64,000 nucleotides of DNA from Sedimentisphaerales bacterium (GTDB taxonomy: Bacteria; Planctomycetota; Phycisphaerae; Sedimentisphaerales; Anaerobacaceae): the NCBI GenBank assembly GCA_963708075.1, contig OY970194.1, positions 4,832,001-4,896,000 of the forward strand, given 5' to 3'. The notes below the pieces were generated by a model, which saw nothing but the letters and a program-made list of their open reading frames with translations, did not search any database and had not been told where the DNA came from. Shown piece after piece: positions 57,004 through 64,000 of the stretch (within the stretch, counting starts at the first letter, position 1; each line of letters begins with the position of its first letter). The position numbers were made by a program, and so were the translations under genes.

Positions 57004-58034
57004 ATGGGCACCCAGCGTCGCCCGACAATTCGTCAATCACACGTTGGCAGCATCGAACGAACATCTTTGTTGCTCCTTCTTGTCGTGTATCTTGGACTGG
57101 GCGATGCGCGGGCGGAGGACAACGTGCCGACCGATCCGAATAATGTCATTGCGCAGGCGGAGTTGATCGCCCGGGTAACCGCGGAGAGCCAGGCGAGCAA
57201 GGCTGAGGCGGTTCAGTGGGCACAGGCATACGGGTATCCGACCCGCTATGAGGACGGACAGCGTGTCTTCGAGCTGATGGCGGTCTGGAAGGACCGGCCC
57301 GTGTACTATGCGACAGATAACGTCAACGCCGCCATTTCTACCGCCGCCGACCGCGAATCTGTGGCAGTTCGATGAGGGCAGTGGAGAGACCTGCGCACGA
57401 TTTGGCAGGGAACCGGCATGGGACGATCCGCGGCGCTCGATGGGCCGCCGGGCGGGTGGGCGAAGCCCTGGCCTTCGACGGCGTCGATGACTATGTGGCA
57501 CTGCCGGCCAATGATCCGGTCTGGCTGCCGCGGTATGATTTCACGGTCGCCTTCTGGGTCTACTTCGATAGGGGGGACGCCTCCAAGGCAATGGAGGTGA
57601 TCTTTGACCTCAATTGCGCCAAGAGCTCCTGGCCGACCAACGAGCATGGCGCCTATATCTTTAGGCGCTCGGGCAAAATTGGGTTCCAGATGATCGCGAT
57701 GGGCAGATCGCGCGAGGATCTCTACACCAACACGGTGTTCGACGAGGGGAAATGGTATCACGTCGCCGCCGTCCGGAGCGGCACGCGCCAGCAGATCTAC
57801 GTGAACGGAGAGTTGGACAACAGCCGCGGTTGCTCGTCGTCGCCCATCGACTACACCGGGGCTTGGGACGACGATACGGTCAGTCTTGGATCCTACAGTA
57901 ACCCCCGCCTAACCATAGGTAACCTCATCGTATGGCAGCGAACGTACTATCTCAAGGGCAAGCTCGACGAAGTCGCCCTCTTCTACAGGGCACTGTCCGC
58001 CGCGGAGGTTCGACAGCTATACGAGAAACAATAG
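57004..58034 (+). pseudogene. Signal peptide + S8-type prodomain joined out of frame to a LamG domain
   Basis: The first ORF ends ELMAVWKDRPVYYATDNVNAAISTAADR. Other frames continue NLWQFDEGSGET / AHDLAGNRHGTI...KGKLDEVALFYRALS. Two frame changes at about 57355 and 57390. Confidence 0.6.
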
Positions 58035-58323
58035 CCGGGCCTGCACCATCTGTCAGATGGGCGAGCAAAAAATCGTCGCGACGATCGATCAGTCTCGGTG
58101 ATTACCCGTGAGAGGCCTTGGGCATTGTCTCTGCGCTGCCGGTAACCAATGCAGTGATCGCGGTGACGCGTCGAGTCCCTTATGCCCCCGGACGCGTGCC
58201 CTGACGACCGGCGAAAATTGTTTGGAAAAACTGCGTTGCGCAGAGGACGGCAGGCGGCACTAATAGGTGTTTGTGACATGGACGGGTGGACGCGTTCGAC
58301 CCGATACTCATGGCTACGTGCCT

Positions 58324-58385
58324 GTGGGGGCGACCCTCCGGGGTTGCCCCGAACGATCCAGGCAAGCCCGGAGGCCTGCCCTACT
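58324..58385. repeat. Degenerate GTAG-type REP doublet
   Basis: gtgggggcgaccctccggggttgccc...ggcaagcccggaggcctgccctac. Confidence 0.55.
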
Positions 58386-58667
58386 CGCCGAGGACCGCGG
58401 CGGCCAGCCGCATCCAAGATCCGGGGGGCGTGCCAGGCCGGCAGGATGCTGCCTGCGAATAGATAATCGTGACAGATTCTCCGAACTGCCCGTAGTGACC
58501 AAGGCTGCGAGAGGACCACGCTCGCGGCCTTTGGTCTATTCAGGCTCACTTCGGTCGTTCCCAGCGGTGTCAGGAGCCTCACGTTCTTTCATTCCCCAGG
58601 TGCGCGGGGTACAGTGGTGCATCTCTATAGGTGAAGAGGCACGCAATGTCTCGGGCTGACTTGGAGA

Positions 58668-59204
58668 ATGTCTTTGGGACAGCAGCAGGACAAGGTACTG
58701 GAATTGCTGGACACGCACGGGCGGCGGCTGCACCGGCTTCTCGGCCGGCTGACCCGCAGCGAGGATGCGACCAGCGATCTGATGCAGGAGTTGTTCCTGC
58801 GACTGAGCCGCTCAAAAGGGCTGGAGCGGGCCCGCGACCCGTATGCCTATGCGTGGAGGGCGGCGGCGAATCTGGCATTCGAGTGGCGAAGGCAGCGGAA
58901 GATCAGGCTGCAACCGCTGGAGGAAGACATTCGCGAGGATGAGCCAGAGGACCAACCGGTGGGCAAGGTGATTCAGGACGAGCAGGTCCAGCGGGTCCTG
59001 GAGGCGACCTCCCGACTGGATGAGCTTGCCCGCAATGTCATCGTGATGCGGTTCGTCGAGCAGGAGCCCTACGAGGAGATAGCCGCGAGATTGGGCAGAG
59101 ATGCGGCCTATCTGCGGTCGCTGTGTTCGAAGACCCTGGTCCGGCTGCGACAGATGTGCGGCGACTACGAAGCGGGCCGCACAGATAAAGGGGGTGCATC
59201 ATGA
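58668..59204 (+). CDS. ECF RNA polymerase sigma factor
   Basis: DLMQELFLRL...YAWRAAANLA and RFVEQEPYEEIAARLG; RBS ggag. Confidence 0.9.
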   Translation: MSLGQQQDKVLELLDTHGRRLHRLLGRLTRSEDATSDLMQELFLRLSRSKGLERARDPYAYAWRAAANLAFEWRRQRKIRLQPLEEDIREDEPEDQPVGKVIQDEQVQRVLEATSRLDELARNVIVMRFVEQEPYEEIAARLGRDAAYLRSLCSKTLVRLRQMCGDYEAGRTDKGGAS

Positions 59205-60949
59205 CGCAGAGGCATGAGCAGGAAATCATCAGCGCCCTGGAGAAGGCCGGGCAGTTCGAGTTGCCGAAAGCGGCGGTCGAGCGCGACTTGGAGCGAGTGC
59301 GCCAACTGCTGGCCGGCGAACGCCGCAAGCGAAACATCTGGCGGACAATTGTGCAAAGCCGGTGGGCAAGACTCACTTCTGTGGCCGCTGTTCTGGTGAT
59401 CGCTCTTCTGGCACTTACGCTTTTCATGGAGCCGACCCCTGCCGCGGCGAAACTGCTCGCCCAGGTCGCCCGCAATATGGAGAAGCTGGCGTGGGCCAAG
59501 ACGATTACAGAGAGCTATGCCCCAGGCAAGGATGAGCCCGTCAGCGTCGATGCTACCTGGACGGACGTGAGGGGCAAGCGCGTCTTTGCGATCTATGGCC
59601 ATAAGTACATCCACCTGATGGATTACCCGCGACGACAGTGGACTGTATATCAGCCGGAGACAAACGACATGATCGTCAAGCCGCTGGAGGGCGAATGGGT
59701 CTCCCCCGCGGAATCCGTTCAGGAGTACGCTCGTAAACTCCGGAACGAGGGAATCGAGGTCACTCCATCTGAAGAGGCGCGTGAGGGCAGGGATGTGATT
59801 GTCCTGCAATTTGACGAATCGCTGAATTACCTGCAGGGCAGCGGGCCGGCCACGAACATGATGATGAACGGCAGGCATGTAAAGACCATGCGTCATAAAC
59901 TCGTCATTGACAAGCAGGATCACCTGCTGGGTGCGTCCGAAATCACGTACCTGGACCCGGAGGGCAATGTGATCGTCACTCAGAAATCAACATCTGAGCC
60001 TGTCCAGACGGGACCCGCGGACGTCTACGAGCTCGGCGTACCTCGGGATGCGAAGATCGTCAATAAGGTACCGGAGGAGCGCATGCAACAGGTCCGCCAG
60101 GACATTACCGCGCACCGGAGCCGCTTCCTCGACACGTATATCGCCGTGATCACGGAAGCCCTGACAAAGAACGGACAAGAGCAAATCATCGAGGGCATGG
60201 TGGTCTTCCGACGGGCCAAGGAGCTGCGCGTGGACGTCTACCGACGGCTCTACAGTCAGCCGGACCACATCACACCGCTCTACCACAGCGAGCTCAATGC
60301 TTCGCTGACGCGTCTGAAGACGTATTGGCCCGAAGAGGAAAACTGGGGCATCCAGTCGATGCGTTTGTACGACGGGCTGTGGCAATACGTGCTTGAAGTG
60401 CAGGACGACAAACTGGTCGCATGGGACAAGCAGCGCCGGCCGGATGGGGATGCATATTCGGACGACGATCTCGATGATTTCGGCTGGCGGACCTTGTGGT
60501 GGCTCAACGAGCCGGAGCACATGTTCGAGGACGACTACTCTCGCACGCACGCGCTGATCGCTATGGAGCTGACCGCACAGTGGCAAGGATACCGGCCGCC
60601 GAAACGGCAAGTGGCATACGTCGATCCGCAAAAGGACTACATCTGCCGGCGATTCATCGACGAGGAGCTCTTCGACGCTCCTTGGCAGGAGGACAAGAAC
60701 TGGATCGACAAGGTGCAGGACAAACAGCGTCTGAGGGAGAGACGCAGGGTGCGCGATGTGACGGAGTACGGCCGGACCTCGGCGGGACAATGGTACCCGA
60801 AGGTGATTACCGAGACAGGACACGAGCTACCCTACGGCCGGTCGAGAGAGGACGTGGCCAGGGTCATCCGCATTCACCTGCTTGCCGAGCACCCGGAGTT
60901 CCCCGAGGGCATTTTCGATCCCCAGAAGCTGCCGCAACCCACGAACTGA
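59201..60949 (+). CDS. Putative membrane anti-sigma factor/sensor with a large extracytoplasmic domain
   Basis: ATGA overlap with the ECF gene, a short cytoplasmic domain (IWRTIVQSRW), a TM helix and a beta-rich LolA-like region (fold call tentative). Confidence 0.65.
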   Translation: MTQRHEQEIISALEKAGQFELPKAAVERDLERVRQLLAGERRKRNIWRTIVQSRWARLTSVAAVLVIALLALTLFMEPTPAAAKLLAQVARNMEKLAWAKTITESYAPGKDEPVSVDATWTDVRGKRVFAIYGHKYIHLMDYPRRQWTVYQPETNDMIVKPLEGEWVSPAESVQEYARKLRNEGIEVTPSEEAREGRDVIVLQFDESLNYLQGSGPATNMMMNGRHVKTMRHKLVIDKQDHLLGASEITYLDPEGNVIVTQKSTSEPVQTGPADVYELGVPRDAKIVNKVPEERMQQVRQDITAHRSRFLDTYIAVITEALTKNGQEQIIEGMVVFRRAKELRVDVYRRLYSQPDHITPLYHSELNASLTRLKTYWPEEENWGIQSMRLYDGLWQYVLEVQDDKLVAWDKQRRPDGDAYSDDDLDDFGWRTLWWLNEPEHMFEDDYSRTHALIAMELTAQWQGYRPPKRQVAYVDPQKDYICRRFIDEELFDAPWQEDKNWIDKVQDKQRLRERRRVRDVTEYGRTSAGQWYPKVITETGHELPYGRSREDVARVIRIHLLAEHPEFPEGIFDPQKLPQPTN

Positions 60950-60954
60950 TGATG

Positions 60955-61860
60955 TCACGGCCTCGTGAGGAACCCGGCGGTGGAGGAGAGGACTCGCTGG
61001 CGGAAATGGGTGTGCTGCTCGTTGGTCTGCTGTTCGCGGAGGTCCTTGAAACTGGCCCGGCAGAAGTGGCAGCCCATCGTCGCCAGGTGGAAGTCGACGT
61101 AGTCGAACCATTCGGGGGACAGGGTTTCGAGCAGGAACGCGCCGAGGGTGTTGCGCTTGGGGCAGCTCAGCCGCTGTGATTCCCAGATGTCCGTCAGGAG
61201 TTCGTCGGAGTAGGCGATGGAGATGTCCTTGAGGGAATCATCCTCGATCACCTCGCGGCGGATGCGCTTGAGGCAGCGGTGCTTCATGACCCTGACGGCG
61301 CCTTCATCGAGCTTGAGCAGCCGGGCCACATCGACGTTGGAGAGGTGACAATAGAACACCAGGTCGGCGATTTTCAGATCGCGGAATCGCCTGCCCTCCT
61401 GATACCTCTTGACCATCCGCCGCATAATTCCCGTCAGGGCCTGCCGCAGCAACTGGAACTGCTCGTCGTGGCTGACGCACCAGCTCACGCTCGGATCGGC
61501 CGAGGCCACCCACGCAAACGAATCGGCGGGCCCGTCGTCCGTGCCCGTGTGACAGACATCCTGGATCAGGCACACCGTCCTCGCCCATCGCGTCCGGAAG
61601 CGGTTGGCGATCTCGTTACGCAGAATGGTGAACAGGTAAGTCTCGAGGGTGGTCTCGATCTTGAGGTTGCCCACGATCTTGACGAAGGAGGTGAACGTTT
61701 CCTGGACGATATCTTCGGCGTCGGCGCTCTGGGGAACGCGCGTCATGGCGAAGCGCAGGAGCCGGCCCTGGTACTCATCGACCAGCCGGGCCCACGCCGC
61801 CGTGTCCCCTTGCCGGATCGCCTCCAGCAGGCTCTTGTCATTTGGATGAGGATCGCCCAT
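60955..61860 (-). CDS. ECF sigma factor with a C-terminal Cys/His extension
   Basis: DAEDIVQETF and SNVDVARLLKLDEGAV; extension SCPKRNTLGAFLL...FHLATMGCHFC. Confidence 0.85.
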   Translation of the reverse strand: MGDPHPNDKSLLEAIRQGDTAAWARLVDEYQGRLLRFAMTRVPQSADAEDIVQETFTSFVKIVGNLKIETTLETYLFTILRNEIANRFRTRWARTVCLIQDVCHTGTDDGPADSFAWVASADPSVSWCVSHDEQFQLLRQALTGIMRRMVKRYQEGRRFRDLKIADLVFYCHLSNVDVARLLKLDEGAVRVMKHRCLKRIRREVIEDDSLKDISIAYSDELLTDIWESQRLSCPKRNTLGAFLLETLSPEWFDYVDFHLATMGCHFCRASFKDLREQQTNEQHTHFRQRVLSSTAGFLTRP

Positions 61861-61946
61861 ACGATTGATTATGGATGATGGATAATTGATGATTGATTAT
61901 TCAGCCCACCCGTTGGCGGCATTCCGCTCCAATCATCAATCGTCCA

Positions 61947-64000
61947 TCACTCTTTATCCATTCTATCGACCGGGCCCAGGTACTGGTCCAACCATTTCAC
62001 GATTTCGTCATAGTACTCTTTGTGATATTCCGAGGGGATGCCGTGCCCGCCGGGGAAGAGGACATGCCTTTTCTGCGATTCGGGCGTCCCCAGCAGGTCG
62101 AAAAGCGGCTTCTGGGCCATCTCGTACGGAAACAGCGAGTCCTGTCTCCCGTTGATCATCAGGATGGGGATTTTGACCCGCGGGGCGAAGTTTGCCGGGT
62201 CGGAGGCAGGGTGCCTCTGGCAGGCGCAGATGCCCCCAAGCAGCAAAACCCCGGCCTTGAAGCGGCTTTCGACGGCGATCATCAGTGGGCCCACCTGGCC
62301 GCCCCAACTGATGCCGACAAAAGCGAGCCTGCCGGTGTCGATGTCCTGCCGGGTCTCAAGGTAATCGATGGTCCTTCGCAGGTCCTGCGATTCCTGGACG
62401 TACAGGTTCCTGCTGAGAATGCTGTCGGGCGGATACAGGGGCCTGTCGAGCCGGCGTTCGTAGGTTCCCTTGTAGAACGGGACAATCACGGCCCTGCCGC
62501 TTTCGAGGAGAGCGGTCATCTCGTGCTTGTGCGCCCGCTCGTCCCAGGCACTGTCGCGGGCTTCGCCGCCGGGGTACCAGATGACGGCCTGGTACGGCGG
62601 CTTGACCCCGTTGGGCAGGTACAGATAGGCAATGACGCGCTCGTTCGGGTAGGCCGCATCGAACGTGATTCTTTCCCGCTTGCAGGAATTGCGATCGCGA
62701 TCGATGGACTCGACCTGTGCGTTCAACTCGGTGCGGTCGTACTTGTACCACGTATTGATGTAGGAATCGAAGACGTCATCGGTGACGGGCGTGAAACTCT
62801 GCCAGTCCCGGTGCTTACGCTGCACGGGACTGAAGGCCGGGCCGGGCACGGCCTGCTTGCCGTCGGGGTACAAGGCGCATCGCAGGCCGTTGGCGGCGTC
62901 CCTGTCCCACGGCGAGCGGACCTCGCCGGCGACGAAGATGTACTCATTGTCCCCGTACGCGCCGCCCAGGATGCCGCGGGCGTCATTCTCGCCTTCGATG
63001 GCGTTGTAGCACCATTCCCGGACGTTGCCGGCGGCGTCGTACAGGCCGAACCGGCCCGTGCCGGGATACTGGCCGACAGGGGCGGCGGCGCCCTCGAAGT
63101 TGCTGTGGCACGCGACCCGGTACGGAGAATCATCCACCCCGGCGGCGAAGAGCCAGTGAAAGATCGTCGGCAGGTCCTTGCCGCGGAAGCGCGCGTAGGC
63201 GGCGGCCTCGTACCAGCTCACGCCGCCAACCGGATAGTCGCCCTGCCCCAACGGATACGTGCTGTTCTTCCAGCCCGCCGGACCGGGATTGCCGCTCTTA
63301 TCGCGGAACAGCTCCATCGCCTGCGGCCAGGGGAGAACCTGCCCGTTCTTGACAAACGCCTCCTGCCAGAACTCTTCTCTCTTATAGCCGCCGATATCGA
63401 CGAACTGTTTGTACTGCCGATTCGTCACTTCATGCTTGTCGATCAGGAAGGCCGGGGCCGAGGGAATACATCGCTCGCCGTGAAAGATGCCGCATTGCTT
63501 GAGCTCCGCCGAGGGAATCCAGACCATGTCCGCCGGGAGGCTGCCTTTGCGGTGCAGGGTAAACCCCAGGCGTCCCTTTGTAAGGGTGGCAGGGTCCATC
63601 CAGACCGAAGGCAGATCGTTGGATCGGACCACGTCGAGCGATGAGAACCCCGCCTTTTCGATCCGCCAGCGGTACGTGCCGTAGGGGATCCGGGCACGCT
63701 CGATGGGCGAGCGGCCGAGATACTTCCACCGGGGACTCTTGTCGGGATACTCGCCGATGTACACCCTGGCGCCGAGCGGCGTCGTGATGATCGTGCATTC
63801 GCGCGCCAATCGGGGCCATCGGGCGATCAGCAACGGATCGTCGTGAATCAGGCGTTGGGCCTTTTCCGCCAGCGTGAAGGCCTGGAAGTACTCCTTTGCC
63901 GCCAGGAACCGGTCGATCTCCGCCATCGCATGCTGCTGGGCCCACTGCATGGTGTAATGCCTCCACGTGATCGTGACGGCGAACGCCGTGGCCACGACCA
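61947..64000 (-). CDS. Membrane-anchored PEGA-like + FGE-sulfatase (SUMF1) + alpha/beta-hydrolase protein; 5' end outside the window
   Basis: IDKHEVTN.QY, PVGGVSWYEAAAY, GLYDAAGNVREW and GLRC; hydrolase GISWGG, GRQD and GGH. An N-terminal kinase is common in this architecture but is not visible here. Confidence 0.88.
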   Translation of the reverse strand, partial: VVATAFAVTITWRHYTMQWAQQHAMAEIDRFLAAKEYFQAFTLAEKAQRLIHDDPLLIARWPRLARECTIITTPLGARVYIGEYPDKSPRWKYLGRSPIERARIPYGTYRWRIEKAGFSSLDVVRSNDLPSVWMDPATLTKGRLGFTLHRKGSLPADMVWIPSAELKQCGIFHGERCIPSAPAFLIDKHEVTNRQYKQFVDIGGYKREEFWQEAFVKNGQVLPWPQAMELFRDKSGNPGPAGWKNSTYPLGQGDYPVGGVSWYEAAAYARFRGKDLPTIFHWLFAAGVDDSPYRVACHSNFEGAAAPVGQYPGTGRFGLYDAAGNVREWCYNAIEGENDARGILGGAYGDNEYIFVAGEVRSPWDRDAANGLRCALYPDGKQAVPGPAFSPVQRKHRDWQSFTPVTDDVFDSYINTWYKYDRTELNAQVESIDRDRNSCKRERITFDAAYPNERVIAYLYLPNGVKPPYQAVIWYPGGEARDSAWDERAHKHEMTALLESGRAVIVPFYKGTYERRLDRPLYPPDSILSRNLYVQESQDLRRTIDYLETRQDIDTGRLAFVGISWGGQVGPLMIAVESRFKAGVLLLGGICACQRHPASDPANFAPRVKIPILMINGRQDSLFPYEMAQKPLFDLLGTPESQKRHVLFPGGHGIPSEYHKEYYDEIVKWLDQYLGPVDRMDKE

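Noticed and set aside
48585..64000. Diversity-generating retroelement (Avd-like four-helix bundle plus an FGE/CLec-fold target)
   Set aside because: No reverse transcriptase and no template/variable repeat pair differing at adenines was seen.

Overview
GC-rich (about 60-65% by eye) bacterial chromosome. It is probably a planctomycete (Phycisphaerae-like); this is an inference from four ECF sigma loci, dispersed peptidoglycan genes without ftsA/ftsZ, and the repeat types. The backbone carries dtd, an SDR, thrC, menA, a receiver-groES-groEL locus behind a sigma54 promoter, murE, murF-mraY, recJ, murC-murB-ddl-ftsQ, a GH2 beta-galactosidase and secreted S8/LamG/NHL proteins. Lower-GC inserts interrupt it. 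The largest (about 29.4-38.8 kb) is a toxin-antitoxin/defence island: HTH-Doc, HNH-AP2, VapBC, Hachiman HamAB and an unknown gene. There, VapBC and Hachiman each follow a copy of a 123-138 bp direct repeat. Other notable items: a candidate ~75 nt sRNA with an anti-Shine-Dalgarno loop, a 105 bp palindrome translated in frame inside murF, two MITEs with perfect terminal inverted repeats, a HicA toxin with an amber stop at a conserved Trp, and many REP-like and heptamer repeats. Five single-base frameshifts look like long-read errors. No rRNA, tRNA, CRISPR array, integrase or transposase gene was seen. All family calls come from motif recognition by eye, not database searches.
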